Shown here piece by piece: positions 7,772 through 17,777 of a stretch of 57,104 bases of DNA (the stretch's first letter is position 1; each line of letters starts with the position of its first letter). The notes beneath the pieces are model-generated. The model made no database searches. It was given only the letters and a program-made list of their open reading frames with translations, and was not told where the DNA came from. Made by a program: the position numbers and the translations under genes. Location: NCBI GenBank assembly GCA_016182205.1, contig JACOXW010000012.1:1-57104 (forward strand). The letters run 5' to 3'. Source of the DNA: Candidatus Levyibacteriota bacterium (lineage in GTDB: Bacteria > Patescibacteriota > Microgenomatia > Levybacterales > UBA12049).

Positions 7772-10762
7772 ATGACTGCCGGAAAACTTCTCAATGCTGA
7801 ACAACGTGAAGCAATCACCTTTGGTAAAGGCCCACTTCTTATCATAGCTGGAGCTGGAACCGGAAAAACCACAGTTATTACGGAGAGAATAAAACATCTG
7901 ATCTTGGAGAAAAACGTCGCTCCGTCTGAAATACTGGCGCTTACTTTCACTGACAAAGCAGCCCGTGAGATGGAAGAGCGTATTGATATTGTTATGCCAT
8001 ATGGATATACACAATTGTGGATTAATACATTCCATGCATTCTGTGACCGGATCCTTAGAAATGAGGCAATCCATATCGGTTTAACGCCCAACTATAAACT
8101 GATGACAGAAGCTGAAAGTGTGCTTTTTCTTAAAAAACATTTCTTTTCGTTCCAACTTAGCTATTTCCGCCCATTAGGAAATCCTTATAAATTTATCCAA
8201 GGAATGCTTCAGCATTTTGCAAGGCTTCGTGACGAAGACATAGCACCCATTGAGTATATGCAATGGGCTCAAACGCAAAGCGAAAAACGCAAAGCGAAAA
8301 ACGAAGAAACGGACGAATCTGAAATAAAAAAAAATCTCGAATTGGCAAATGCGTATAAAACATATGAAGAACTGAAAGCAAAAGAAGGCGTGATGGATTT
8401 TTCAGATCTCATCAGTAATGCGTTACAGCTGTTTAGGAAAAGAAAAAATATTCTGAAACAATACCAAAGACAGTTTTCCTACATCCTGGTTGACGAATTT
8501 CAAGACACCAACTACGCACAGAACAAACTTGCAATCCTCCTTGCGGGAGATACAAAAAATATAACAGTGGTGGGGGATGATGATCAAGCCATCTATAGAT
8601 GGAGAGGTGCAGCTATTTCAAATATGATTCAGTTCAAAGACACATTCCCCGACGCAAAAATCGTAACGCTTACTCAAAACTACAGGTCCACCCAGGGGAT
8701 ACTGGATAGATCCTATGATCTTATTTCTCACAATAATCCTGACAGACTGGAAATAAAAGAAAATATCAATAAAAAGCTTACTTCCACAAGAAAAGTAAAA
8801 TCGGATCCAGTGGAACTTATCTATCAAGAACGTGTCGAAGATGAGGCTGATGTTGCAGTCAAGCAAATACAGGAACTTACAAAAAAGCAGTATCAATATA
8901 GTGATATTGCAATTCTAGTCCGAGCGAATGATCATGCACAACCATTTATAAAAGCGCTCCAAAGAAACAATACACCCTATCAATTCTTAGGACCGGGAAG
9001 ATTATTTAGACAGGAAGAAATAAAGGACCTTATCGCATATCTAAAGGTGCTTTACAACTTTGAAGATACTACTGCGATGTATAGAGTTTTGAACAATCCA
9101 CTTTTCGGGATCGAACCACGAACGATTGCCGGGATACTCAACCTCGCCAGACGGAAAAATCTCTCGCTGTTTGAAACTGTAGAACGCATTACTGATGAAA
9201 AAAATGATATCCAGGAAATATTTATAAAAGATGTCGAGAAGGAAAAATTAAAAAAACTTATTGCAATGATACACAAACACCTTAAGCGTGTACCTCATGA
9301 CAGCGCCGGTCAGATTCTTTACTATTTTGCACAAGATACGGAACTTCTTAATAATTTTCTTTCTGCCAAAACAGCATCAGATACAAAATACTATCAAAAC
9401 ATTGCAAAATTCTTTGACAAACTACAAACATTTGAAGCTGAATATGACGACGCACGGATATTTCCGGTTGTTGATTGGATTGATCTTTCTTTACAAATGG
9501 GAGAAAGTCCCATAGCAACTGACATGGATTGGTCTGAAAACAACGCAGTCAATATTTTGACTATTCACTCAAGCAAAGGACTCGAATTTCCGGTGGTTTT
9601 TCTGGTTAATCTAGTCAGCCAACGATTCCCCACCCGAGAACGCCGTGAACAGATTCCTATACCACAAGAACTTATTAAAGAAATACTACCGGAAGGCGAT
9701 TATCATTTACAAGAAGAAAGACGACTCTTTTATGTAGGGATGACCCGTGCTAAAAATAGACTCTTTCTCACAGCAGCCAACTATTACGGGGAAGGAAAAC
9801 GTGATAGAAAACTCTCACCCTTTGTTTACGAAGCACTTGGTCAAAATACGGTAGAAGCATTAATGAAAAAGAAGAAAGAAGAAAAAACTGTCATACAACC
9901 GTCACTTTTGGACTGGACACAAAATTACGCCGAGCAAACAGGTGTACAATCACCATCGGATATGGTAAAGCTCGTCTCTGAAAATGGAACTTCGTTTATT
10001 ACATATGTCTCATACTCGCAACTACAAACATTTGATCTTTGTCCGCTCCATTATAAGCTGCAATATCTCCTGCGTATTCCTTACCAACCTACATCAGCGC
10101 TCAGTTTTGGAACCAGCGTTCATGCTGCCTTGCGGGATTTTTCTCAGCTGATTATGCAAGGTAGTGTATTAAAACCACAGGATGTTTTACCACTACTGGA
10201 AAAAGTCTGGATTGATGAGGGATATGAAAGTAAAACTCACAAACAACAAGCTTTTGAACGGGCAGGATATGTCCTGCAAAAATATCTCAGTGATTATCCC
10301 CTAAATACAGCTGGGCGAAAAGTTGCCGGAATTGAGATTCCTTTTTCATTTTTTCTCAGCAGTCCAGAAATACGAAAGTCAGGACTAAAGATAGGTGGGA
10401 AGATTGATAGAGTTGATCTGCTTTCAGACAATAGAATTGAAATCATTGATTATAAAACTGGCAGTAATGTACCTTCTGAGAAAGATCTGCAAACTAATTT
10501 ACAACTCACTATCTATGCACTGGCAGCAACCGAAGTACAAGATAGACTATTCCACAAAAAACCCGAAGAAGTGACTTTATCACTCCATTATTTGGAAGAA
10601 AACACTATGCTTACAACAATACGATCAAAAGAACAATTGGAAAAAGCAAAGATTGACCTTTTGACAAAAGTAAATGAGATAGAAAAAAGTGACTTTAGCT
10701 GCAGCGGCAGTATATTCTGCCAGAATTGCGAATACAAAATGCTCTGCTCTGTCGGCGTGTAG
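7772..10762 (+). CDS. UvrD/PcrA-family SF1 helicase with a C-terminal PD-(D/E)xK nuclease domain
   Basis: AGAGTGKT, LVDEFQDTN, QNYRST, TIHSSKGLEF, EERRLFYVGMTRA; C-terminal GKIDRVD and IIDYKTG plus a Cys cluster. Confidence 0.93.
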   Translation: MTAGKLLNAEQREAITFGKGPLLIIAGAGTGKTTVITERIKHLILEKNVAPSEILALTFTDKAAREMEERIDIVMPYGYTQLWINTFHAFCDRILRNEAIHIGLTPNYKLMTEAESVLFLKKHFFSFQLSYFRPLGNPYKFIQGMLQHFARLRDEDIAPIEYMQWAQTQSEKRKAKNEETDESEIKKNLELANAYKTYEELKAKEGVMDFSDLISNALQLFRKRKNILKQYQRQFSYILVDEFQDTNYAQNKLAILLAGDTKNITVVGDDDQAIYRWRGAAISNMIQFKDTFPDAKIVTLTQNYRSTQGILDRSYDLISHNNPDRLEIKENINKKLTSTRKVKSDPVELIYQERVEDEADVAVKQIQELTKKQYQYSDIAILVRANDHAQPFIKALQRNNTPYQFLGPGRLFRQEEIKDLIAYLKVLYNFEDTTAMYRVLNNPLFGIEPRTIAGILNLARRKNLSLFETVERITDEKNDIQEIFIKDVEKEKLKKLIAMIHKHLKRVPHDSAGQILYYFAQDTELLNNFLSAKTASDTKYYQNIAKFFDKLQTFEAEYDDARIFPVVDWIDLSLQMGESPIATDMDWSENNAVNILTIHSSKGLEFPVVFLVNLVSQRFPTRERREQIPIPQELIKEILPEGDYHLQEERRLFYVGMTRAKNRLFLTAANYYGEGKRDRKLSPFVYEALGQNTVEALMKKKKEEKTVIQPSLLDWTQNYAEQTGVQSPSDMVKLVSENGTSFITYVSYSQLQTFDLCPLHYKLQYLLRIPYQPTSALSFGTSVHAALRDFSQLIMQGSVLKPQDVLPLLEKVWIDEGYESKTHKQQAFERAGYVLQKYLSDYPLNTAGRKVAGIEIPFSFFLSSPEIRKSGLKIGGKIDRVDLLSDNRIEIIDYKTGSNVPSEKDLQTNLQLTIYALAATEVQDRLFHKKPEEVTLSLHYLEENTMLTTIRSKEQLEKAKIDLLTKVNEIEKSDFSCSGSIFCQNCEYKMLCSVGV

Positions 10763-10791
10763 TTGCATACTCTAGGTCAATTTGCTATACT
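10763..10791 (+). promoter_or_regulatory. Promoter of rnpB
   Basis: TTGCAT-N17-TATACT with an extended TG, 7 nt before the P1 helix. Confidence 0.65.
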
Positions 10792-10798
10792 ATATTAG

Positions 10799-11160
10799 TC
10801 CTAGGAAGATGACTGCTACCCCACGTCGCGTAAAGCTATGCGGGGAGGAAAGTCCAGACAGGTGTAAAGTCAGGATTGGGGCATAAGCTCCGACTAGTGA
10901 TAGCTGGTGATTGATTTCTTTATCTTACTAAACGGAAATCAAGACAGATCTTGAAATAACAAGATCTGAGAGCAACAGAGACGAGTAAGAGTGAAACGGG
11001 CAATCCCACCTGCTGCAACCTTCGAACTGATGCGTTACTACGTACTTTACCGGAGCATCAAAAGAAAGGGCATCGCGCCGAATAGGCGGATAGAATGACA
11101 TTTCGTCAATCTAAGATAGATTGCAGATAAAACAGAATCTGGCTTATTCTCTTCCTAGGA
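10799..11160 (+). ncRNA. rnpB: RNase P RNA
   Basis: P1 TCCTAGGAAGA/TCTTCCTAGGA; conserved GAGGAAAGTCC, GCAACAGA, GTGAAACGG and AACAGAATCTGGCTTAT. Confidence 0.95.
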
Positions 11161-11165
11161 TACAT

Positions 11166-11954
11166 TTAACTACTCGCGCTTGCATAGCGTTTCAAAGCAA
11201 ATCTCCAAAACCATACGCTTACCCCAAACAATAATATTCCTGTTACAAGAGAAATAAAAATGAATTGAAGCGACAAAATCCCCATAAGTGCTTTTGCCGG
11301 AAATGTCATCATAATACCAATCGGAATCACAAATGTGAAAATTGCACGAAATGGCTCCCTATATACATCTATAGGAACTCTACCCATCTGCGTCAAATCT
11401 CTATAGAGCATAATTGCGTTATCCACGGTAGTCGTAAGTATTCCCATCCCTAAAACAAAAATATGAAAAGACAATGCCATAACCATCGCGTTACATATAA
11501 GAATGATATATAAAATGACATTCTCCATTGGAATCGGCCCAATATGAAAAAATGAAATTCCAACAAGAAATAGTGCCAATAATAAAATAGTAAGATCCAA
11601 AATATCACTTCCACCTAAGAGAGCACGAAAAAGGGGAGAAATAGGCATTGCAAGAATATAGTCAAACGTTCCTTTTACAATGTATATTCGGAAACGGTAC
11701 ACCTCTCGAAGAAAAAACATAGGCAACGCATCAATCAGGTTGAATGTTGCGAAAAAAAAGACGATCTGCCAGACAGAATACTCGGCAATCTCTTTAGTCC
11801 TGCCAGTAATAATAAATATGAAAACTAAAAATAGTCCAAAACGAAGTATTTTTCCTATCAGGAATATTACAGCACCAAAACGAGACTGGAAAGCAATCTG
11901 GCTTGCAGCACTCGTTAATAACCACCATATGCGAAGATATCTTCTCATATACAC
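11166..11954 (-). CDS. ABC-2 family (DUF990-like) permease
   Basis: Six TM segments; GTFDYIL..PIS and P.DVY motifs. Confidence 0.85.
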   Translation of the reverse strand: MYMRRYLRIWWLLTSAASQIAFQSRFGAVIFLIGKILRFGLFLVFIFIITGRTKEIAEYSVWQIVFFFATFNLIDALPMFFLREVYRFRIYIVKGTFDYILAMPISPLFRALLGGSDILDLTILLLALFLVGISFFHIGPIPMENVILYIILICNAMVMALSFHIFVLGMGILTTTVDNAIMLYRDLTQMGRVPIDVYREPFRAIFTFVIPIGIMMTFPAKALMGILSLQFIFISLVTGILLFGVSVWFWRFALKRYASASS

Positions 11955-11955
11955 A

Positions 11956-12750
11956 TCAGTGCCCTTGTGCAGTATAAAACCGTAGTCCTCGCAACCAAAC
12001 CATTTTTAAAAAAACTGAAAGAAGAATGGTCCACAGTATCGTGGTAAGTATTCCTACGTAAATATGGCTACTGTTAAGCTGTCCAAGGTATATTTTGATT
12101 GGAAAATAAAGTAAATACGGGAAAGGCGTAAACTGAAAAAATGTCGCTACAGCTTTAGGAAGAATATCTATCGGGAAAAGCATTCCGGCAAAGAAGTTAA
12201 TAATAATAAAGAAAATGAATCTTGGTGCCCATACGTCAGGACTCCAAAATCCAATCATTCCCAAAAGCGAACCGAATAAAAAGTGCATTATAATTGAAAA
12301 GGTTATCGATATAGCGGTAAGAAATAGTATCATCATATCGTGTTGGAAAAACAATGGCGGCTTCAATATCACTACCAGAATAGATAACTCTATTACTGCA
12401 AAAGAAATATTCATTGCCTTATCGCCAATATCTCTGGCAAACCAGTAATAAAAGTAATTTATAGGACGTATTAAGAAAATTGATAAATCTCCGTTATTAA
12501 TATTTTCTCCCATTTCATAACTTCTTGTTGCCAGTATAACTGAACTTAAAAATGCCGTTCCCAAAATATAGGTAAGCATGAGCGATTGAGTATATCCGAA
12601 AAGCTGACTTCCCTGTGGGATAAGTACAAGCCACAAAAAATAAACAGTTAAAAGTTGGAAAACCGTTCGTATCCGCCAAACAATGAAACTGAGTCTATAA
12701 GTGAGTATTTCATCCCATGTGTCTTTAATTACCAACCAATATTTTCTCAT
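11956..12750 (-). CDS. ABC-2 family (DUF990-like) permease
   Basis: YR near the N-terminus; INNGDLSIFLIRP, FFAGMLFPIDILP and PFPYLLYFP motifs. Confidence 0.85.
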   Translation of the reverse strand: MRKYWLVIKDTWDEILTYRLSFIVWRIRTVFQLLTVYFLWLVLIPQGSQLFGYTQSLMLTYILGTAFLSSVILATRSYEMGENINNGDLSIFLIRPINYFYYWFARDIGDKAMNISFAVIELSILVVILKPPLFFQHDMMILFLTAISITFSIIMHFLFGSLLGMIGFWSPDVWAPRFIFFIIINFFAGMLFPIDILPKAVATFFQFTPFPYLLYFPIKIYLGQLNSSHIYVGILTTILWTILLSVFLKMVWLRGLRFYTAQGH

Positions 12751-12751
12751 A

Positions 12752-13537
12752 TTAGCTACTCGCACTGGTATAAAAACGTAATGCGTATCTCCAAAAAAGA
12801 TTTGATAAGTAAAGAAAAACTAATGAAAATAACAATAGGCTTAAAACCTCAATAATTGTTACTTTATGCAGCAGCGCTTTTGTGGCAGGAATAATTACCA
12901 GCGTAAAAGGAAAAATGAAGAAAAAAACTCCTTGTAGCTGTTTGTACATTTCTTGCGGATAACGAATAGTACTATCAAATGCATACATAAGTCCTACAAT
13001 ATTTGATAAATTCGGATACCAGATGGTCAGCGTAATAACAATAAACCAGAGGGAGTAGAGAAGTATTATCCCTAAACCAAGCAGCAGCATAAATAGTAAA
13101 ACGTCAAAAATATTTACCGGCATATTAAATATATAGAGTAAATACCACAGAAATAATGCTCCCAGAACAACACGAAAAAGTCCCGTTAGGGTCATGTACG
13201 TTGTGCTTATAAGAAACTGTGAATTTACCGGTTTTGTAAGATAGCCATCAAGCTTACCAAATTTTACAACGACAGATATTGTTTCAAAATTACCAGAAAA
13301 CATTCCCCGAAAGAATCCGAAGAAAATGTTTACACAGGCTGAAAGTACCAAAAGCTCATTTCTGGTCCATCCGAAGAAATGAGGCACTTTCGCTGTAAGT
13401 AAAAAGATAACGATTACAGAAAAAACTCCCCATCCCACACTGGAAATAGTACTGTTAACAAAATTTGCGCGGTACTCTAAAAGCCGTAAAAAATTTAACC
13501 GCAGAGAGATCAAGTAAATTGTGAGATAATGTGTCAT
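12752..13537 (-). CDS. ABC-2 family (DUF990-like) permease
   Basis: EYRANF, GW, GKLDGYLTKPVN and RYPQEMY motifs; ends YTSASS like the 11166-11954 paralog. Confidence 0.85.
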   Translation of the reverse strand: MTHYLTIYLISLRLNFLRLLEYRANFVNSTISSVGWGVFSVIVIFLLTAKVPHFFGWTRNELLVLSACVNIFFGFFRGMFSGNFETISVVVKFGKLDGYLTKPVNSQFLISTTYMTLTGLFRVVLGALFLWYLLYIFNMPVNIFDVLLFMLLLGLGIILLYSLWFIVITLTIWYPNLSNIVGLMYAFDSTIRYPQEMYKQLQGVFFFIFPFTLVIIPATKALLHKVTIIEVLSLLLFSLVFLYLSNLFWRYALRFYTSASS

Positions 13538-14328
13538 TATTGTCCTATTGCACTATACTTTCTAATTCCTTTTTTCCAAAGAAATATATAAAGACCTAGG
13601 AAAATACCAAGCCAAAATAACTGCATCAAAAAAACGTGTATAAGTTCAGAAAATACAAGCTTTCCCTGAAAACTAATAATCGGAAAATAAATCATATAAG
13701 GAAAAGGCAATAGATAAGAAAAATTCTGTAAAGCAGGAGGAAAAAGGAAAAGAGGTATCATATATCCTGCAAAAAGGGCGAGAATCATTTCCTGAAATTG
13801 GAAAAATCCTCCTATATCAACCATCCAAAATGCCAGAATTCCGATAATCATTTTATAGGTGAAAAAAAGAAAATATGCAGTTGTAGCTATTACAAAACTA
13901 AGAAAAACAGACATTGGATCGGACACTGACTCATAGAATTTTCCTATAAATAGGGATAAAATAAAGACTGCTAAAAGACCATAAAATCCTTGTAACAACC
14001 TGTAAGGAACTTCCTCAAAGAATTTTATCCAGAAGTAGGAAATGGGGCGGATAAGATACTGTGAAAGTTTTCCTTCTCTAATATCTTCTCTTGCGACATC
14101 CTCTTCAATATGAGATGTCAAAATGACGCTTAATATCACTTGAAAAAGATAGTATGTTGTGATTGTAGAAACTGATAATCCTTGAATACTATTGGTATGA
14201 ATAGCACCTATCCAAAAAAGCAAAAGAATACCAGACTCAATTAAAGGAACTAAAAACCACACAAAGGCCCTTGCCCGCTCTTGCAATACGTGCTGTGAAT
14301 GAAGAAGAAAAATCTGAATGAATTTCAT
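13537..14328 (-). CDS. ABC-2 family (DUF990-like) permease
   Basis: IREGKLSQYLIRP, FAGYMIPLFLFP and LPFPYMIYFP motifs. Confidence 0.85.
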   Translation of the reverse strand: MKFIQIFLLHSQHVLQERARAFVWFLVPLIESGILLLFWIGAIHTNSIQGLSVSTITTYYLFQVILSVILTSHIEEDVAREDIREGKLSQYLIRPISYFWIKFFEEVPYRLLQGFYGLLAVFILSLFIGKFYESVSDPMSVFLSFVIATTAYFLFFTYKMIIGILAFWMVDIGGFFQFQEMILALFAGYMIPLFLFPPALQNFSYLLPFPYMIYFPIISFQGKLVFSELIHVFLMQLFWLGIFLGLYIFLWKKGIRKYSAIGQ

Positions 14329-15308
14329 ACTTTTCCATTTTTTGATGAAAAGACATCACGAATTACCTCTTCTATGTTTACCTCTTCTATGTTTAAATCA
14401 GCAACCGGAAAATCTTCCAAAATTTTTGCAGCGATCTTATTTGATTGATCACGGGCAACTGCGAAGGTAACTTTGGGAAAATCATATTCTTTGATCTCAC
14501 CAAGTTTTGCAAGAGTGTCTCTATCAATTTTCTTTTCTAATTCTACCGTAATATATTTGTGCTTTGCGTACTTTCTCACAATATCTTCAAGACTCCCGTC
14601 ATAAAGTATTTTTCCACGATCTATAACGATAATCCGTTTGCAGAGTTGTTCCACATCTTTCATATAATGACTCGTTAATATGATAGTGGAATGAAATTTC
14701 TGGTTATAGTCCTGTATGAACTCTCGAAGTTTTTGTTGCATGACCACATCCAAGCCGATTGTTGGCTCATCAAGAAATAATACTTTTGGGCTATGAAGAA
14801 GTGCTGCGATAAGTTCACATTTCATTCTTTGTCCTAATGACAGCTTACGCACTTGAACTTTTAAGATATCAGAAACATCTAGAAGCTCAGTAAGTTCACT
14901 TAGCGTTTTTTTAAATCTCTCATCTGAAATCTCGTAAATTTCCTTATTCAGAAGGAAGGATTCCTGTGCTGGCAGATCCCACCAAAGCTGATTTTTCTGT
15001 CCCATAACCAGTGCTATTTGCTTGAGGAATTGATTTTTTCTCTCAAATGGTGTAAATCCCAATACCTTCACTTCCCCACTGGTAGGGTAGAGAAGTCCCG
15101 AAAGACATTTCAGTGTCGTTGTCTTCCCTGCACCGTTTGGGCCTATGAAACCGACAAGCTCGCCTTCATCGATAGAAAAAGAGATATCTTCTACTGCCTT
15201 TGCGTCGTAGTACTTTCGCGCAAACAGTGATCTTATAGCCCCACCAAAACCTGGCTCTTTTTGGTGAACCTGATAATATTTTGATAAGTTAGAAACAGAA
15301 ATAATCAT
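14325..15308 (-). CDS. ABC transporter ATP-binding protein
   Basis: Walker A GPNGAGKTT, signature LSLGQ, Walker B LFLDEPT, TSH. Confidence 0.95.
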   Translation of the reverse strand: MIISVSNLSKYYQVHQKEPGFGGAIRSLFARKYYDAKAVEDISFSIDEGELVGFIGPNGAGKTTTLKCLSGLLYPTSGEVKVLGFTPFERKNQFLKQIALVMGQKNQLWWDLPAQESFLLNKEIYEISDERFKKTLSELTELLDVSDILKVQVRKLSLGQRMKCELIAALLHSPKVLFLDEPTIGLDVVMQQKLREFIQDYNQKFHSTIILTSHYMKDVEQLCKRIIVIDRGKILYDGSLEDIVRKYAKHKYITVELEKKIDRDTLAKLGEIKEYDFPKVTFAVARDQSNKIAAKILEDFPVADLNIEEVNIEEVIRDVFSSKNGKV

Positions 15309-15320
15309 ACTATGACCGTC

Positions 15321-15383
15321 TAGAAATTAGCGTTTAGCGTCTAGCTTCAACTAACCCCTAGACGCTAGTAACTGAATGCTAAG
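15321..15383. repeat. Heptamer-periodic imperfect hairpin repeat (family A)
   Basis: TAG recurs every 7 nt, followed by CTA units; 22/24 identical to the reverse complement of 34021-34044. Confidence 0.7.
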
Positions 15384-15446
15384 TAAATTATAACAAAAAG
15401 AGACCTCCTATTTTCTCAGGAAATCTCTTTTATATTTTCTCAAAAC

Positions 15447-15719
15447 TTACCGCACTGCTTTTTTCAAAGTTTTACCAGGAGTAAAACCAGGGGCTTTTCG
15501 TGCAGCTATGGTAATCCGGGCACCAGTCTTTGGATTCCTTCCCGGTCTTGTCGCCCGGTTCCTGACGGAAAACGTCCCAAAACCTGTAATAACTACCTTT
15601 TCCCCCCGCTTTAATGAATCACGAACAGAAGAAAGCAGTGCAGAAACGGCATCACGCGCTGCCTTATTTGTAAGATTTGCTTTCTTTGAAACGACTTCAA
15701 TAAGATCTTTTTTTGTCAA
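15447..15719 (-). CDS. hup: DNA-binding protein HU
   Basis: VVITGFGTF and GRNPKTG motifs; SD GGAGGTG lies 6 nt before TTG at 15719 (alternative GTG at 15728). Confidence 0.95.
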   Translation of the reverse strand: MTKKDLIEVVSKKANLTNKAARDAVSALLSSVRDSLKRGEKVVITGFGTFSVRNRATRPGRNPKTGARITIAARKAPGFTPGKTLKKAVR

Positions 15720-15869
15720 TGTATCCACCTCCCTTCTTTATGTTTTCGATTTGCTTAACAATACAATGAAAACGAGAAACTTGTCAAGAGCTACTTTGAA
15801 AAAACAAGGTGAAAATTATTGCAAAACAGTACTGAAGTAAAAAGATAAAAAATATAAGATCAAAAAATG

Positions 15870-17138
15870 TTAAGTGGTAGTTTCTGGAGAAACTGCACGA
15901 AATTCCCGAATGGCGGTGACCTTCACTTCTCCTGGAATAACAAGCGCACGACTTACTTCTTCTCTAATCTTATTTGCCAGAACAACTGTTTCAGAATCAC
16001 TTAAGCGCCCGGGATTTATGATAACTCTAAGCTCTCTTCCCGCTTCAAAAGCATAAGCATCTTCAACACCTTCATATTTTTTCGCTATATCTTCCATGCC
16101 TTTTAGTGTTTTTACATATCCTTCATAATCTTCATATCGTGCTCCCGGCCGTGCACCTGAAATTGCGTCTGCAATATGCACTATAATAGATTCTAATGAA
16201 GAGAATGGTTTATCTTCATGATGTTCTGCCACACAATTTACAACAACTTCCGGAATATTAAACTTATTGAGTAGCTCCACACCTAAAACCACATGGCTTC
16301 CTTCTCCTTCTACAACTTTCCCTATATCATGGAAAAGGCATCCAAGTCTGACAATATTTGCATCAGCCCCTACTTCTTGTGCAATATGAACACCAATTTT
16401 TGTTTCTTCCAGTGTATGAACCACTAAATTCTGTCCGTATGAGGTCCTAAATTTAAATCTACCAAGAATGGAAAGAAGCTCTGTCGGTAGATTAAAAACT
16501 CCTGCTTCATGCGCAAGCCACTGTCCTTCCTCAAGCATAATACGCTCGACTTCTTTTTTCGTTTGATTAACAACTTCTTCTATTCGAAATGGTTGTACGC
16601 GAGTATCTTTTAAAAGTTTTTCCAGTGATCGCCGTGCAACTTCTCTACGAATTTGGTCAAACGACGAAAGACGTATTACACCCTCTTCGTCTAAATCGAC
16701 ATCTACACCCGTAGCCTGTTCAAATGCGCGTATATTTCTTCCCTCTTTCCCGATGATTCTTCCTTTCATACTCTCGTCTTCCACTTTTACCACCGAGACA
16801 GTGTATTCTGGAATATAATCAAGTGCTCCGTGTTTTAGACTATCGATAAGAATTTCACGTGCTTTTTGATCTGCAGTCCGCTTGGCTTCTTCTTCTTTCT
16901 CTTTAATTATTTTTGCGACAGCCTGAACTTCTCTTTCTTCTACCTGACTGAAAAGCACTTCTTTTGCTTCCTCTGTAGTCATTCCTGCTACATGGCTCAG
17001 TTTTTCAATAAGCTCGTTTGATTTCCGTCTTAATGCTTCCTGTTCCTTCTGAAGTTGTTCCTGCTCCTTTTCAAGGCGATCCTGCTTCTCAAGAAGTTTC
17101 TTTTCCAATTGAATTAAATCGTCGTTTTGTGTATTCAT
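15870..17138 (-). CDS. rny: Ribonuclease Y, lacking an N-terminal TM anchor
   Basis: KH motif KGRIIGKEGRNIR; HD domain FHDIGK; ADAISGARPGAR; GRELRV. Confidence 0.95.
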   Translation of the reverse strand: MNTQNDDLIQLEKKLLEKQDRLEKEQEQLQKEQEALRRKSNELIEKLSHVAGMTTEEAKEVLFSQVEEREVQAVAKIIKEKEEEAKRTADQKAREILIDSLKHGALDYIPEYTVSVVKVEDESMKGRIIGKEGRNIRAFEQATGVDVDLDEEGVIRLSSFDQIRREVARRSLEKLLKDTRVQPFRIEEVVNQTKKEVERIMLEEGQWLAHEAGVFNLPTELLSILGRFKFRTSYGQNLVVHTLEETKIGVHIAQEVGADANIVRLGCLFHDIGKVVEGEGSHVVLGVELLNKFNIPEVVVNCVAEHHEDKPFSSLESIIVHIADAISGARPGARYEDYEGYVKTLKGMEDIAKKYEGVEDAYAFEAGRELRVIINPGRLSDSETVVLANKIREEVSRALVIPGEVKVTAIREFRAVSPETTT

Positions 17139-17276
17139 ATACCTGAAGACAAAAGAGGAACTACAGTAGTTATTTTACTGTAATTGTCAAAGATGTGGGT
17201 AATAGATACTGTTTCATAACCCTTTTTCGACAAACTCTTTTGCCATCGTTATTATATCCTTTTTATGATTACTTCG

Positions 17277-17771
17277 TCAACTCCGGCGAAATACTTTCTC
17301 CACAGCCTTTCTTGCTATTTCAAAACTAAATCCTTTTCTGACCAGGAATCCCCCAGCCCTTTGATACAGTTTTTCCCGTTCCAAACCTTCATATTGTCTT
17401 TTTCGTTTTTCCAAAAGTCCTGTTGCTAAAGATAACTCGCTTGTTATATTTTTTCGTTCTTCTAAAACTCTTTCTACAATCTCAAGCAAGACTCCTTTTT
17501 GCATCAACTCTTGTTTAAGTAGGCGCAAACCTTTTGGCTTGAATTCCGTTCTTTGTCGCACCATCATCCGTGCGAACTCCTCATCATTTAAAAATTTGTG
17601 CTCAAGAAGTTTTTCAATTATTCTATCTACCAATGAAGCATCTACTTCTTCTACTTTCCCTCTACTTCCTCTACTTTTCTTTTGGAGATGATCTCTAACT
17701 TCTTTTATACTTCGGGGTCTATAGGAAAGATAACGAAGCGTTGCGTTATAATATTTTTCAAACGCATCCAT
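17277..17771 (-). CDS. recX: Regulatory protein RecX
   Basis: LRYLSYRPRS..E, LNDEEFA, LKQELMQKG and FLVRKGF motifs; directly downstream of recA. Confidence 0.9.
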   Translation of the reverse strand: MDAFEKYYNATLRYLSYRPRSIKEVRDHLQKKSRGSRGKVEEVDASLVDRIIEKLLEHKFLNDEEFARMMVRQRTEFKPKGLRLLKQELMQKGVLLEIVERVLEERKNITSELSLATGLLEKRKRQYEGLEREKLYQRAGGFLVRKGFSFEIARKAVEKVFRRS

Positions 17772-17777
17772 GGAAGA

